Shown here: positions 36,044 through 47,659 of the stretch, piece after piece
Layout of the letters: the number at the start of each line of letters is the position of its first letter
Position numbering within the stretch: the first letter of the stretch is position 1
From: Leptonemataceae bacterium
Lineage (GTDB): Bacteria; Spirochaetota; Leptospiria; Leptospirales; Leptonemataceae
Reading direction: 5' to 3'
Length of the DNA stretch: 64,000 nucleotides
Assembly (NCBI GenBank): GCA_965227295.1
Contig: OZ245742.1
Location: forward strand, 4,192,001-4,256,000
The notes under the pieces: generated by a model
Database searches by the model: none
What the model saw: the letters and a program-made list of their open reading frames with translations, nothing else
What the model was told of the DNA's origin: nothing
Program-made: the position numbers and the translations under genes

Positions 36044-36892
36044 CTACCCTGCTCGCTCCGCGGCTTGCACCGTGTGTTGCAGCAGCATCGCGATCGTCAT
36101 GGGCCCGACACCGCCCGGCACCGGAGTAATGTACGACGCCTTTTGCGCGCACGAATCAAACTCCGCGTCACCGACGTTGCCCGGATTGTAACCGGCATCC
36201 AGAACGACGACACCTTCTTTCAACGCATCGCCCTTGATGAAGTTCGGCTTGCCCACCGCGGCGACGACGATGTCCGCCGTCGCCAGGTGACTTTCCAGAT
36301 TCTCCGTCTTCGAATGACAGACGGTAACAGTCGCATTGCGACCCAGCAGCAGCATGGCCATGGGCTTGCCCAGGATCGGCGAGCGGCCGACAACGACGGC
36401 GTGTTTGCCCTGGATCGGCAGATCGTATTCATCCATGAGGCGAATCATACCCGCCGGCGTGCAGCTCGCATAGGCCCCTTCGATGCCGAACGAAATTGCG
36501 CCGAAGCCGAGCGTCGTTACGCCGTCCACGTCTTTCGCCGGAGCGATGCGATCAAAGGCCGCGCGCTCATCGACACCGGAGGGCACCGGATGCTGGAGCA
36601 GAATACCGTGCACATTCGGATCGCGATTCAGTTCGTCGATGATGCGCAACAACGCCGACGTCTGCGTGGCGGCTGGCAGCGTGATTTTGCGCGAATCCAT
36701 GCCCACGGATTCGCAGGCCTTGCCTTTCATTTTCACGTAGGTGGCCGAGGCGGGATCGTCCCCGACAAGGATGGTCGCCAGCACGGGCTTCGGCCGGCCC
36801 TTCGTTTCCACGAGATGTGTTACGCGTTGTTTGAGATCTTCGCGGATTTTGGCGGCCAGGGCTTTGCCGTCGAGGAGGATGGGTTCGGGCAT
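36044..36892 (-). CDS. folD: Methylenetetrahydrofolate dehydrogenase/cyclohydrolase
   Basis: LDGKALA, VGDDPASATYV, GILLQHP, KDVDG, VGRSPILGKP, TPVPGGVGPMTIAML. Confidence 0.97.
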   Translation of the reverse strand: MPEPILLDGKALAAKIREDLKQRVTHLVETKGRPKPVLATILVGDDPASATYVKMKGKACESVGMDSRKITLPAATQTSALLRIIDELNRDPNVHGILLQHPVPSGVDERAAFDRIAPAKDVDGVTTLGFGAISFGIEGAYASCTPAGMIRLMDEYDLPIQGKHAVVVGRSPILGKPMAMLLLGRNATVTVCHSKTENLESHLATADIVVAAVGKPNFIKGDALKEGVVVLDAGYNPGNVGDAEFDSCAQKASYITPVPGGVGPMTIAMLLQHTVQAAERAG

Positions 36893-37074
36893 GGGAGATG
36901 ATCACCGCACGTGGATCATCTGAGCAAGAAGAATTTGCTACTCCGAGGTACCGAGGAGAAGATTGAGTCGGATGAATGAACTGGCGACTGAAAGCGTTCG
37001 TAACCCGACAATCGATCTCCCACAAAAGTCCTTCCCATCAAGACCTCGGTGCCTCGGTCCTCGGAGTAATCTTC

Positions 37075-37407
37075 CTAACGCACCACGTAACGAACCCGAC
37101 AGTATTCGGCGTCGTAGATCAAGAAAAACTCGGCCTTGCTGTAGTTCGGTCGTTCGCCGCGGCCGCTCAGTTCCCGTTCCAGCATCTCCTTCGCGGCTTT
37201 GCACGAGGTGGTTTGCTTCATGGGAAAACTGTTCTCTGCCAGGGCCTTTTCGGAGGCCCGGCCGGTGCTCAGAAACTCGGTACCGCCGTCCTTGAGTTCG
37301 TTGACGACGACGCCCGTAGGAATAGGCTTCCGTTCGTCGCCGGCACAGCCGGCCACCAGGAGCACGACGATCAGCGTCGCGCCCCAAAAAATACTTACGA
37401 TGCGCAT
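37075..37407 (-). CDS. Hypothetical lipoprotein downstream of leuD
   Basis: MRIVSIFWGATLIVVLLVAGC lipobox; 2 bp after the leuD stop. Confidence 0.65.
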   Translation of the reverse strand: MRIVSIFWGATLIVVLLVAGCAGDERKPIPTGVVVNELKDGGTEFLSTGRASEKALAENSFPMKQTTSCKAAKEMLERELSGRGERPNYSKAEFFLIYDAEYCRVRYVVR

Positions 37408-37409
37408 GA

Positions 37410-38030
37410 TTATGAGACGTTCGCGTAGTACGGATGGTTCGTCGCGTACTTTTTCTCGAACGTGTCGATGGCGTCGCCTTTGCGCATGGTCAGGCCGATG
37501 TCGTCCCAGCCGTTCAGCAGACATTCTTTCCGGAAGGCATCCACTTCGAAACTGTAGCTCTTGCCGGCGGCATGTACCTTTTGTTCCGGCAAGTCCACCG
37601 TAATCTCGGCGCCCTCGTTGCCTTCGATCCACGCCATGATCTCCCGCACTTCCGCGCCGGAAAGAATCACGGGCAACATGCCGTTCTTAAAGCAGTTGTT
37701 ATAAAAGATATCTGCGAACGACGGCGCGATAACGGAGAGAAAACCGTAGTCATTCAGCGCCCACGGGGCGTGCTCCCGGGAAGAGCCGCTGCCGAAGTTT
37801 TCTCCGGCCACGAGGACCGAAGCGCCTTTGTAGCGAGGCGCGTTCAGAATGAAGTCCGGGTTCTCCTGTTTGCCGTCGTCGTCGAGAAAACGCCAGTCGT
37901 GAAAGAGATGAACGCCGAAGCCCGTGCGCTCGATCTTCTTTAAGAACTGCTTGGGGATGATCTGATCCGTGTCCACGTCGGAACGGTCCAGCGGCGCCGC
38001 GAGGCCCGTGTGAGTTTTAAAGGGTTGCAT
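37410..38030 (-). CDS. leuD: 3-isopropylmalate dehydratase small subunit
   Basis: [42 protein letters not shown]. Confidence 0.97.
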   Translation of the reverse strand: MQPFKTHTGLAAPLDRSDVDTDQIIPKQFLKKIERTGFGVHLFHDWRFLDDDGKQENPDFILNAPRYKGASVLVAGENFGSGSSREHAPWALNDYGFLSVIAPSFADIFYNNCFKNGMLPVILSGAEVREIMAWIEGNEGAEITVDLPEQKVHAAGKSYSFEVDAFRKECLLNGWDDIGLTMRKGDAIDTFEKKYATNHPYYANVS

Positions 38031-38076
38031 AATGTATCTCCAGTAATAGTCAGTCAGTCCTTCTTAGAGTGCCGGT

Positions 38077-39477
38077 TCAGTTCCAGCCGCGCACGTCCAC
38101 AAAACGTCCCTCGATGGCCGCCGCGGCCGCCATCTCCGGGCTCACCAGGTGTGTACGCCCGCCTCGGCCCTGACGACCTTCGAAGTTCCGGTTGGACGTC
38201 GAAGCGCAACGCTCGCCTTCTTTCAGATTGTCGTCGTTCATGGCGAGGCACATGGAACAACCGGCCTGCCGCCACTCGAAACCCGCCTCGATAAAGATGC
38301 GATCCAGGCCCTCTTCTTCAGCCTGGCGTTTCACCCGGCCGGAGCCCGGCACCACCATGGCCCGCAGGCCGCTTTTGACCTTCTTGCCCTTCACAATGTC
38401 CGCGGCGTTGCGCAGGTCTTCGATGCGCGAGTTCGTGCACGAACCAATGAACACCGTATCGATGTTGATCTCGGTGATCTTCGCGCCGGCGGCGATGCCC
38501 ATGTACTCAAGGGCTCGTTCGGTGGCTTTCTTTTCGCCTTCGTCGCCCAGAGCGGCCGGATCCGGAACGTTTCCGCTAACTTTTGTCACCATGCCGGGGT
38601 TGGTCCCCCAGGTGACCTGCGGCTCGATGGCGGCCCCGTCCAGTTCAATGACTCGATCAAAGTGCGCCCCCTCGTCCGAGGGCAACGTCCGCCAGTAGGC
38701 CACGGCCTGTTCCCAGGCCTCGCCGGACGGCGAGAAGTCCCGGTCTTTAAGGTACTCGAAGGTCTTCTCGTCCGGAGCGATGAGGCCCGCCCGGGCCCCG
38801 GCCTCGATGGACATGTTGCAGACGGTCATGCGTCCTTCCACGGAAAGCGCTTCGATCGCCTCGCCGGCGTACTCCATGACGTAGCCCTGGCCGCCCCGCG
38901 TGCCGATCTCCCCGATGATCGCTAAGATAATATCTTTCGGAGTTACGCCGCGCCCGAGTTTGCCGTTCACTTTGATTAACATGTTTTTCGATTTCGGCTG
39001 GCGCAGAGTCTGCGTGGCGAGCACGTGCTCCACCTCGGAAGTACCGATGCCGAAGGCCAGGGCGCCGAAGGCACCGTGGGTGCTGGTATGCGAATCGCCG
39101 CAAACGATGGTGGTCCCGGGGAGCGTGATGCCCATCTCCGGGCCGATCACGTGCACGATGCCCTGGTCCGGGTGATTGAGATCGAAGAGGCGGACGCCGA
39201 ATTCTTTGCAGTTCGCGTTCAGCGCCTCCATTTGTTTTTTGGAGATTTCCCCGGCCGCGCCCCAGTCCCGGGAGCGCGTGGAGACGTTGTGATCCATGGT
39301 GGCAAACGTCAAATCCGGGCGGCGGACCTGGCGCCCGGCCATGCGCAGGCCCTCAAAGGCCTGGGGCGAGGTCACCTCGTGCACCAGGTGGCGGTCGATG
39401 TAGATCAGCGAAGATCCGTCGGCATCGTCCACCAGGTGGGCGTCCCAGATTTTGTCGTACATGGTTTTTGCAGTCAT
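38077..39477 (-). CDS. leuC: 3-isopropylmalate dehydratase large subunit
   Basis: [55 protein letters not shown]. Confidence 0.98.
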   Translation of the reverse strand: MTAKTMYDKIWDAHLVDDADGSSLIYIDRHLVHEVTSPQAFEGLRMAGRQVRRPDLTFATMDHNVSTRSRDWGAAGEISKKQMEALNANCKEFGVRLFDLNHPDQGIVHVIGPEMGITLPGTTIVCGDSHTSTHGAFGALAFGIGTSEVEHVLATQTLRQPKSKNMLIKVNGKLGRGVTPKDIILAIIGEIGTRGGQGYVMEYAGEAIEALSVEGRMTVCNMSIEAGARAGLIAPDEKTFEYLKDRDFSPSGEAWEQAVAYWRTLPSDEGAHFDRVIELDGAAIEPQVTWGTNPGMVTKVSGNVPDPAALGDEGEKKATERALEYMGIAAGAKITEINIDTVFIGSCTNSRIEDLRNAADIVKGKKVKSGLRAMVVPGSGRVKRQAEEEGLDRIFIEAGFEWRQAGCSMCLAMNDDNLKEGERCASTSNRNFEGRQGRGGRTHLVSPEMAAAAAIEGRFVDVRGWN

Positions 39478-39560
39478 GAGTTCCGTCCTGTTGCATAAAA
39501 GCTAACCGATCCGGGCCCATAATGCAAATAAATTATAATTATTGCAGCTATTACGATTCG

Positions 39561-41243
39561 TTATAGGTCGACTCGATGCCACAGAACCCGAAACGGCGCC
39601 GCTTCAATGTTCCGCCGCACCCAGCCCGGCGGCGGGTCGGCCGTGGCGGCCTGCAATCGCCGGCGCAGTTCGCTCTCCGGAAAGTACGCCGGCAGGAGTT
39701 CCGGATAATCGAACAAAAAGGCATCGCTTTCGCGCAACCGATCTTCCAGGCTCACGTCGGCGTCCCGCTCCAGGGTGACCTTCCGCACCTTCGGCACGTA
39801 CTCCAGCATGCCCTCATCCGCCGTGGCAACCCGCAGGCCGTCCCGCTCCGCGGCCAGCTCGTTCAGAAAATGAATAGTTGTGAGGTTCGGACGATGCAAG
39901 GGGCCAGCTAATATATTTTCAACGACGGTTACGGCGCGGGGCATCAGCAGAAGCATGAGAGCGCAGCCCAGGAGCGTGACCACACCCTGGAACGCAATCG
40001 GTACCGAAGGCGTTAACCGCCAGGGGAATTCCCGCACGCCGAGTTCCAGGAGAAGGCTGGACAGCAACAACGCCGCGCACAGCAGCGGCAACAGGTAGTG
40101 CTCTCGCGGATAAAAGACCAGGCAGGCCGCGGTAAAGGGCGTGATGAGCACCATCAGCACAAAGACCTGTTCGAGAAAATTACGCGCCAGGATTTTGCGG
40201 CGCAGGCCGATCACCACGGCAACCAGGACGACGACAAAGACATATCCGATCCAGCGAGATTCCCGCGCCATGCCGGCGGCGTCGGATTGGGCGAAGACCG
40301 GCCAGTGCTGCTGAAACTCGCGCCAGAAGTTTTCGAATAACAACGAAACGTTGAAGCCGACATGCCGCAGGAACTCGCCGGGATTGGAAATCAGCATGTG
40401 CCACACGCCCGGTTCGCCCGGGCCGAAGGAGCGGGCATACCACGCCGGCAACGCCGCGAGGTCCACGGGCACCGGCACATCAAATCGCTCGCCGTAAGCG
40501 CGGACGTAGTGCTGCATTACGGTCAGTTCCAGGATGTCGACCCGGCTCTGGTCACCGCCGGGGGAACCGTAACCCACAAACAGCGCGAGGCCGAGTGTCA
40601 GCATAAGACCGGGCAATAGAAAGGCGGAGAATCGACGACCGCCGAAAACGTCGCCCCGGGAACTCAGAAGCCGCCACGCCAGATACAATGCCGGCAACAG
40701 CAGGGCCGCGACAAACTCCGCTCGAACGTAACTTAAGAACAGGATCAGCGGAATCAATGCGGCCACGCGCCCGGTCTCACTGCGCACGAGCCGGCGCATC
40801 AACGCGGCATACAATAAGAAGACGATGAGCAAGAAGTACACGGAACGCGGCAGGGCCTTGAGGTGCATGGTCCACAACGCGGCATAAACGGAGAGCGGTA
40901 GCGCGATGCAGCGACGCACGACGAACGAACGCAGGCTTACGTAGATTGACGTCGCGAGGCCGCCGAGCAACACCACGTGATTCACATAGTAGAGTCCGAG
41001 CGGATCCAGACCGCTCAGGAATTCCAGCACGACGTACCAGAGCACGTAAGCCGGGGAGCGATAGAATGAAAACTCGGACCACTCGAAGTTCAGCGCGGGC
41101 TTGAGATAAAGCACGGTTTCATCGTAGATGGCGACGTCGTAGATCTCCGACAGCGGCATGACGATGCGATACACCGCAACGAGGATAGCGGCGACGCAGA
41201 CGACTTCGCTGAAGATCCAGATGATCCGTTCCGTGGACTTCAT
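39561..41243 (-). CDS. Polytopic membrane protein, GT-C glycosyltransferase-like
   Basis: More than ten TM segments; DE motif (IYDETVLY) after TM1. Confidence 0.6.
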   Translation of the reverse strand: MKSTERIIWIFSEVVCVAAILVAVYRIVMPLSEIYDVAIYDETVLYLKPALNFEWSEFSFYRSPAYVLWYVVLEFLSGLDPLGLYYVNHVVLLGGLATSIYVSLRSFVVRRCIALPLSVYAALWTMHLKALPRSVYFLLIVFLLYAALMRRLVRSETGRVAALIPLILFLSYVRAEFVAALLLPALYLAWRLLSSRGDVFGGRRFSAFLLPGLMLTLGLALFVGYGSPGGDQSRVDILELTVMQHYVRAYGERFDVPVPVDLAALPAWYARSFGPGEPGVWHMLISNPGEFLRHVGFNVSLLFENFWREFQQHWPVFAQSDAAGMARESRWIGYVFVVVLVAVVIGLRRKILARNFLEQVFVLMVLITPFTAACLVFYPREHYLLPLLCAALLLSSLLLELGVREFPWRLTPSVPIAFQGVVTLLGCALMLLLMPRAVTVVENILAGPLHRPNLTTIHFLNELAAERDGLRVATADEGMLEYVPKVRKVTLERDADVSLEDRLRESDAFLFDYPELLPAYFPESELRRRLQAATADPPPGWVRRNIEAAPFRVLWHRVDL

Positions 41244-41319
41244 GTTTCGTTATTGCAGTCTCACCGGCGTCGCGCCGTAAAGTGATTTACCCCGGGCACC
41301 GGGGAATCGAGACATCACC

Positions 41320-42207
41320 ATGGAGTTCCGGCAGATCCGCTACTTTCTTGAGATCCAGCGCGCCGGATCGTTCATGAAGGCGGCCGGTCGCCTGGGCCTT
41401 ACGCAGCCGGCCCTGTCCAGACAGATGATGCTCCTGGAACGCGAGATCGGCCAGCAGTTGCTGGAACGCGGAGCCCGGGACGTGCGTCTCACTCCGGCCG
41501 GTGAGACGTTTCTTCAGTATGCCGTGCGCCTGAACGATCTCTGGCGTGAACTCCAGGACTGCCTCAAGGAACCCGACGAAGAACCGACGGGGGAGTTCAG
41601 TCTCATCACCGGCGGCACCGTGGCCGCGTACGTGCTTCCGGAAATTCTGCGCCGCCTTCGCAAAAAATATCCCGGCCTGGTGTTTCGGGTGTACGAGGGC
41701 GACGCCCACGAAACCCGGGAAGCCCTGCTCCGGGGCGACGCCGATCTCGGCATCCTCACCGGCGAGATCAGCGAAAGCAGTACCCTCGTACAACGCCCGT
41801 ACCTGGTCGATCGCATCCTGCCGGTGGCCGCAAAGAATCATCCCATCTTCCGCAAAAAGAAACTCACCGTTGCGGACCTGGCCGGGGAAGACTTCGTGTT
41901 CTTTCATCCCGCCTCGGCGGTCCGCGGAGTCGTCGAAAAAAAACTGCGTTCCCTGCGGCCGCGTCTGAATCCCTCAATCGTAATGGAACTGCGATCGCTC
42001 CAGGGCGTGATTCGCAGCGTCGAGGCCGGTCTGGGCATCGGCTTCCTTTCCGAAGTTTGTCTCACACAGAAGCTGCGCCCCCTGCCGTTTGCGGAACTCG
42101 TAGCCGAACGCCAGTTTTACTTTTCGTACCGCCGCCACGGCCGCCCGGGCCTGGCCGTGCTCATCGAAGAGATCGAAAAACACACCGCCGGCGGCGGGGA
42201 CGAATAA
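41320..42207 (+). CDS. LysR-family transcriptional regulator
   Basis: YFLEI...SFMKAA.RL.LTQPALSRQ..LE...G..L..R...V.LTPAG. Confidence 0.95.
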   Translation: MEFRQIRYFLEIQRAGSFMKAAGRLGLTQPALSRQMMLLEREIGQQLLERGARDVRLTPAGETFLQYAVRLNDLWRELQDCLKEPDEEPTGEFSLITGGTVAAYVLPEILRRLRKKYPGLVFRVYEGDAHETREALLRGDADLGILTGEISESSTLVQRPYLVDRILPVAAKNHPIFRKKKLTVADLAGEDFVFFHPASAVRGVVEKKLRSLRPRLNPSIVMELRSLQGVIRSVEAGLGIGFLSEVCLTQKLRPLPFAELVAERQFYFSYRRHGRPGLAVLIEEIEKHTAGGGDE

Positions 42208-42292
42208 AAAAACGCATCCAGGTGCTTGTCCACGAAATCAAACGCGATCTTTCCATTAAGTAAACATGCTAATCAATTAAGGAGTTATCACC

Positions 42293-43165
42293 ATGAAACG
42301 TTTTACTGCTATCACGATCGTCCTCGCCTTCGCCGCTCTCTGCCACTGCCTGGCGGACGTCCGTCCCGAAGACCTCCGCGGCCCCGACGACCCGGGAGCG
42401 GCGGCGGCCGGTCGCGAATTGCTGCGCACGTCCATGGAGCGGGCCGGTCTCCGCGCCTGGCAGAAGCACGTGACGGCCAGCGTGGAAGTTGACGATACCT
42501 GGAACGGCATCGGGGCGCTCATCGGTCCCTGGCCGGAGAATCCGCAGAAGTTTCGCCAGGATTTTCTCCTGGGAACGTTCACTTCGCGCGTAGAATTACT
42601 GAGCGGCGAGGAACGCGGCACGGTCTTCGGCATGCAGAACTGGAAGACCTATGTCGCCGGCGCCGGTGGTGCGAATGCCAGGCACGAAGAGAATGCGGAC
42701 ATGTTCTTTCTTTTGCCGACGCTACAGTACTTCTTCGAGTTTCCGTTTCGCATCGACTCGGCCGATACCATCGTGGCGGCCGGAGAGCGCACGCTGGACG
42801 GTGTCACCTACGATCTCGTCTTCGCCACCTGGGGCGACCTCGAACCCAACGACCGGGTGGACCAGTACTTGATATACATTGAACGCGAGAGCGGACTCAT
42901 TCGCAAGTTGCGTTACACGGTCCGCGAGAGCGGTTCGTTCTTTGCGGGCACCATGCATTACGATGACTTTCGTAACGTCGACGGGGTGATGACGCCGCAC
43001 CGCCAGACCATCACGCTGGACGCGCCGGAGGACATCGACAGCCCGCAGGACGTCTTCGAAGACAACCTGCACGACATGATCATTGCCTCGATCAAATTCG
43101 ATGTCGTGAGGCCGGAAGAACTGACGCCGTTTCCCGGCGGCGGTGGCGGGGATTATAAGCCGTAA
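42293..43165 (+). CDS. Exported hypothetical protein (possible lipoprotein)
   Basis: AAGGAG RBS, signal peptide, beta-rich body. Confidence 0.7.
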   Translation: MKRFTAITIVLAFAALCHCLADVRPEDLRGPDDPGAAAAGRELLRTSMERAGLRAWQKHVTASVEVDDTWNGIGALIGPWPENPQKFRQDFLLGTFTSRVELLSGEERGTVFGMQNWKTYVAGAGGANARHEENADMFFLLPTLQYFFEFPFRIDSADTIVAAGERTLDGVTYDLVFATWGDLEPNDRVDQYLIYIERESGLIRKLRYTVRESGSFFAGTMHYDDFRNVDGVMTPHRQTITLDAPEDIDSPQDVFEDNLHDMIIASIKFDVVRPEELTPFPGGGGGDYKP

Positions 43166-43215
43166 GAGTTTTTACCACCGAGGCTCCGAGGACACCGAGA
43201 GAAGAATTTACAGAC

Positions 43216-43361
43216 GTTGGCGATGCGGGAATTCTCCGGGGGTGACGGAGAACCGCGAGTCCGGGCCAGGCTTGCCCGGAGGGTGAGCCGTTCGCCGCAG
43301 GCGAGGCCCGGACGTTCGCGCGCAGCGCGACGCGGGTCGGAGTCAGGGGGCGGAGCCCCCT
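43216..43361 (+). repeat. GC-rich multi-hairpin extragenic palindromic element
   Basis: Nested hairpins (TCGCCGCAGGCGA, TCGCGCGCAGCGCGA, GGGGCGGAGCCCC) between convergent genes. Confidence 0.55.
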
Positions 43362-43376
43362 CTTAAATAAGAATTC

Positions 43377-43817
43377 TTAATCTTCTTTCAGATTACTCTT
43401 GTACGCCTCATACACGACATCGAACTCCGGCGGCATGCTAATGGCGCGGCCGGCGGCCATATCGATCCACATGTGATGGCTGAGCCCGTCGGCCACGCAG
43501 CGGTTGTCCTTGATGTCCCACATGGAACAGCCGAGCACCAGCGTACGCCGCGTGATCTTCGTGGGGCCGATGCTAACTTCGAGATCCGCCGGGAACACGA
43601 CCTGGCCGCGGTAGTTGAACTCCAGCTTCGTGAGAATCATGGTGACGTTCTCGGGAAGTTTGTAATCAAAACGCCGGTGCAGATGAACCAGATACTCCGC
43701 CCGGGCCGTTTCGAAGTAGCGCGTGTATGACACGTTGTTGACGTGGCGCAGGGCGTCCATGTCCCCCCAGGCGACGCGGATCGGAACAGAGAAATCGTAG
43801 CGCTGTGGATGGGGCAT
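43377..43817 (-). CDS. Acyl-CoA thioesterase (4HBT/YbgC family)
   Basis: VAWGDMDALRHVNNVSYTRYFETAR. Confidence 0.9.
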   Translation of the reverse strand: MPHPQRYDFSVPIRVAWGDMDALRHVNNVSYTRYFETARAEYLVHLHRRFDYKLPENVTMILTKLEFNYRGQVVFPADLEVSIGPTKITRRTLVLGCSMWDIKDNRCVADGLSHHMWIDMAAGRAISMPPEFDVVYEAYKSNLKED

Positions 43818-43833
43818 GGTACCACGTTCCAAA

Positions 43834-44340
43834 ATGGGCAGCAGCGTGTCAGATCAAATTCACATCACCATCCGCCGGGTCGAACCGGACGCCGACGAGT
43901 GCCGGCTCCTCAGCAACCTCGCAATTCGCTCGAAGGCCTACTGGAACTACAACGAAGAATTCCTGAATGCCTGCCGCGACGAGCTCACCGTGCGGCCGGA
44001 GTTTGTCCAGGACAACCCCACGTTCGTCATCGAATGCGACGGGCGCATCACCGGTTTTTATTCGATCGGCCAGGTCCTGGATAAACGCGACGACAACCGC
44101 TGCGAACTCGACTACCTCTTCGTCGAACCGAAGTGGATCGGCAAAGGCCTGGGGCGCCGGCTCATCGAACACGCCAAAGTCGAAGCACGGCGCATCGGCT
44201 ACGATCTGCTGGAAATCCAGGGCGATCCGAACGCGGAGCCGTTTTACCTGGCCGTCGGCGCCGAGAAGATCGGTAAGCGCGAATCGCTGAGTGTTAAGGG
44301 CCGCTACCTGCCGGTGTATGAGATCGACTTGCGAGACTGA
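43834..44340 (+). CDS. GNAT family N-acetyltransferase
   Basis: RSKAYWNY, LDYLFVEPKWIGKGLG, DPNAEPFY. Confidence 0.88.
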   Translation: MGSSVSDQIHITIRRVEPDADECRLLSNLAIRSKAYWNYNEEFLNACRDELTVRPEFVQDNPTFVIECDGRITGFYSIGQVLDKRDDNRCELDYLFVEPKWIGKGLGRRLIEHAKVEARRIGYDLLEIQGDPNAEPFYLAVGAEKIGKRESLSVKGRYLPVYEIDLRD

Positions 44341-44650
44341 GTCGCACAACCGACTTCCGGGTCGAATTCCGCATACTCAGCAAAACGAAAATCCACAACT
44401 CTTCAGGTGCCGTAGAAAAAAAGCCCCTCACCGTTGCGCAACTCACTGAGTGTTTCCCGGGGAAAACCTTACGACCCCCGGCTCTTGAACGACCGGATAC
44501 GTTTTTCTCGTTTCGACCGGCACGAATCGTGGTGTAAGTGAAGACCGGTGTACATTAATAAGAATTTGGGTACAACTGGTTCCAGCTGACGCACGGAGGT
44601 CATGCCGGGGAACAAAATACGGCGGACCGGAACGGCGTCTTCGTCGAACT
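44341..44650 (-). repeat. Single copy of the ~330-bp repeat unit
   Basis: Reverse complement contains GAAGACGCCGTTCCGGTCCGCC, CCCCGGCATGACCTCCG, CAGCTGGAACCAG, TTCAAGAGCCG, GACCCGGAAGTCGGTTGTGCGAC. Confidence 0.9.
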
Positions 44651-44657
44651 CCAAAGA

Positions 44658-45902
44658 CTACGATCGTCCATCAGTCACACTCCGCCACCGGCGCACCACA
44701 TCGTACAAAAACAACACGTACGCCAATCCCACGCACGAATGCATCAACGCCGCCTGCACGGCCGATTCGAACCATTCCGTAGGATACACGTGCAAATGCC
44801 GGCCCTCGTGGCTCAGAAATACAAACGCCGTGAACATATAAACAATTGATAAACGAAAGTTACCGGCCAGCAAATAGACGAAGATGATCAACAGCGGGGC
44901 GATGCGCTGGCCGCCCTGGGTCACCGAGAACACGAAAAAGAACGACGGCACGAGAATCAGCGCGTGCAAAAACGTGATGCGCCGGAAAAACAGCGCCGTG
45001 AGTGCGAGGCCCGTCATGGCGAACATAACGATGCGGTTCAGCCCCGTGAAGTACCAGGGATACAGGTGCCAGATCGAGAACCAGTGCGGCGGCGCGTTTT
45101 CGAGGCGGCCGCGGCGCTCCCAGCCCACGAGGGATTCCGGATAGTACGGCAGCATGCCGATGGCGAACACCGCGAAGAACAGAGCGATCGCCGCCCAGAT
45201 CTTCCAATCTTTGAGCACCGGCATCATCCAGGCAAGCGACAGTTCGCGGCCGTCTCCGACGTGCTTTGATCTGACATGATGCACCAGAACGACCGGCAAC
45301 AAAAACGCGGACACGCCGTTGAGCGCGGCGAGCAATCCCAGGAGCGGTGCCGTGCTGAGCAGGCCGCCGCCGTATCGATACAACGCAAAGATCAAAAACG
45401 GCAATGCGATGTACAGTGCCTTGTCCTCGTAGCTGCCGTGGAAGATGCGCCACCAGAGACCGTTCGCAAAAAACAAGATCAAAAAGAAAAAGAACGAGTA
45501 CAGCGGCAGGTCTTTGCGCCGGGTCAGGTAGGCCACCAGGCACAACGCGAGCGTGAGCCACACGAACGAGTACACCACGAAACCGTTCACGCCCCAGCGC
45601 GCGCCCATGATGTACAAATACTTATAAACGAGATGCTGCAGGCCCGGGTAGTCGAGCAGGCGCGGGTTTGCATGATCGTCACCGGCAATGCCGGCGACCT
45701 CGGGGATCGCGTACGGATTCGAATCGAAGACGTAGTCGATCATCGCGAAGTGATTGTAGATCGCGTAGTTGAAACCGAAGACGCCCAGTACGTTGATCTC
45801 GACGAACTTCACGAAGAGCGCGCCCAGGGCCAGAAACAACAAGAGCGCCGTCCACTGACGGCGCCCCATGATCGCGGTGACTGAGTAACCCGGCAAAGGC
45901 AT
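44658..45902 (-). CDS. Polytopic membrane protein translationally coupled to rpoD
   Basis: TGATG overlap with the rpoD stop; about 10 TM segments; DYPG motif suggests a GT-C-like fold. Confidence 0.65.
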   Translation of the reverse strand: MPLPGYSVTAIMGRRQWTALLLFLALGALFVKFVEINVLGVFGFNYAIYNHFAMIDYVFDSNPYAIPEVAGIAGDDHANPRLLDYPGLQHLVYKYLYIMGARWGVNGFVVYSFVWLTLALCLVAYLTRRKDLPLYSFFFFLILFFANGLWWRIFHGSYEDKALYIALPFLIFALYRYGGGLLSTAPLLGLLAALNGVSAFLLPVVLVHHVRSKHVGDGRELSLAWMMPVLKDWKIWAAIALFFAVFAIGMLPYYPESLVGWERRGRLENAPPHWFSIWHLYPWYFTGLNRIVMFAMTGLALTALFFRRITFLHALILVPSFFFVFSVTQGGQRIAPLLIIFVYLLAGNFRLSIVYMFTAFVFLSHEGRHLHVYPTEWFESAVQAALMHSCVGLAYVLFLYDVVRRWRSVTDGRS

Positions 45903-47659
45903 CAGTCGATGTAGTCTTTGAGTTTGCGTGAGCGCGACGGATGCCGCAGACGCCGCAGGGCCTTCGCTTCGATCTGGCGAATGCGTTCGCGCGTTACCTG
46001 GAAGACGTAACCGACCTCTTCGAGGGTATGCGAGTAACCGTCGTCGAGACCGAAGCGCATGCGCAGAACTTTTTGTTCCCGCGCCGGCAGCGTGTTGAGC
46101 ACGGACTTGATCTGCTCGGACAACAGACGCGACGCGGTGGCGTTGACCGGCGACTCCACCTCGGTATCCGGAATGAAATCGCCCAGTTCGGAGTCTTCCT
46201 CGCTGCCCACCGGAACTTCGAGGGAGATCGGTTCGCGCGCCACGTTCTTCACGGCCTTTACACGCTGCACCGGCCAGCCCAGGCGCTCGGCAATTTCGTC
46301 GTTGGTCGGCTCCCGACCGGTCTCTTGCAAAAAGAGCCGCGTTTCGCGCACGACCTTGTTGATCTGTTCGATCATGTGCACCGGAATGCGAATGGTGCGC
46401 GCCTGGTCGGAGATGGCGCGGGTAATAGCCTGGCGAATCCACCACGTGGCGTACGTCGAGAACTTGTAGCCCTTCTTGTACTCGAACTTATCGACGGCTT
46501 TGATTAAGCCTATGTTGCCTTCCTGAATGAGATCGAAGAAGTGCATGCCGCGGTTCGCGTAACGCTTCGCGATCGAAACCACGAGGCGCAGGTTCGCCTT
46601 GATGAGTTCCTTCTTGGCCTGGGCGATTTCGCGTTCGCCCTTGTTCAACGATTCGCCCCAGCGCAGGATGTCCTGGATCGGGGATCCGGCTTCCTGTTCC
46701 ATGCGGCGGAGCTTTCTTTCGTTATTACGGATGTCTTTGATGACCTCGCGCACCTCTTCGATGTCGCAGCCCATCTCTTTTTCGATTTCGTCCAGGTTCT
46801 CGTTCTTCTCGATGAACCGGTTGAATGCTTTGATTTCTTTAATGTCTTTGCCGTATTTCGCTTTGATGCCCAGGAAGTGGCGCTGGATTTCTTTGATGCG
46901 GAAGACCATGGACTTGATCTTCTGCGAAATTCGCTGGATTTCTTTTTGCGAGACGCCCACTTCCCGCACGGCCGCGTCGATGACGCCGCGGGATTCGTCG
47001 GACTTTTGTTTGTACTCGCGCCACTTCTTCGAACCCTCCACGTATTTGCGGAGCTTCGAGTTGGCCTCGTTGAAGCGCTTCTCTTCGCCGGAGATGATTT
47101 CCATCTTCTCGAAAAAGATCTTTTCGAGTTTTTCCATCTCGGCCTGGCTGAGATAGTAAGCCTTGTTTACGCGCACGACGTCGGAGATTTTGATCTTCCG
47201 GGCGCGGATCTTCGGCATAAGCTTGAAGAAGTTGGCGCGGAGGAGCGACGATTCCAGGATCGTCTCTTCGATGATGTTCTCACCGTTTTCGATGCGCTTC
47301 GCCAGGAAGACTTCTTTATCGCCGGAGATGAGCGAGACCTTGCCGATCTCTTTCAAATACAGACGGATCGGGTCGTCGCTGATGGTTCCGGATCCGGAGT
47401 CCTTCTTCTTGCGAGTGACTTTTTTCTCGGGCTTCGGCGCCGGGGCCGGGGCCGGGTTTTCCTGCTCAATCGCCCTGCTGGAGTATTCTTCGACGACCTC
47501 GATGCCGAGCTGATTCAGTAGCGTGAAGACGTCTTCGATGCGCTCTGAGTTAACGATTTTCTCGGGGAGATATTCGTTGATTTCGTCGTAAGTGATTTCT
47601 CCGTTGGCCTTGCCGATCGAAATGATTTTCTGGATCTCGGGGAGGTCCTCCATCGCCAT
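45902..47659 (-). CDS. rpoD: Primary sigma factor sigma-70
   Basis: [58 protein letters not shown]. Confidence 0.98.
   Translation of the reverse strand: MAMEDLPEIQKIISIGKANGEITYDEINEYLPEKIVNSERIEDVFTLLNQLGIEVVEEYSSRAIEQENPAPAPAPKPEKKVTRKKKDSGSGTISDDPIRLYLKEIGKVSLISGDKEVFLAKRIENGENIIEETILESSLLRANFFKLMPKIRARKIKISDVVRVNKAYYLSQAEMEKLEKIFFEKMEIISGEEKRFNEANSKLRKYVEGSKKWREYKQKSDESRGVIDAAVREVGVSQKEIQRISQKIKSMVFRIKEIQRHFLGIKAKYGKDIKEIKAFNRFIEKNENLDEIEKEMGCDIEEVREVIKDIRNNERKLRRMEQEAGSPIQDILRWGESLNKGEREIAQAKKELIKANLRLVVSIAKRYANRGMHFFDLIQEGNIGLIKAVDKFEYKKGYKFSTYATWWIRQAITRAISDQARTIRIPVHMIEQINKVVRETRLFLQETGREPTNDEIAERLGWPVQRVKAVKNVAREPISLEVPVGSEEDSELGDFIPDTEVESPVNATASRLLSEQIKSVLNTLPAREQKVLRMRFGLDDGYSHTLEEVGYVFQVTRERIRQIEAKALRRLRHPSRSRKLKDYID

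Noticed and set aside
36938..37065. Short CCGAGG(A/T/C)ACCGAG-type repeats (also near 13805-13827 and 43175-43200)
   Set aside because: Probably a common small intergenic repeat; too short and degenerate to delimit reliably
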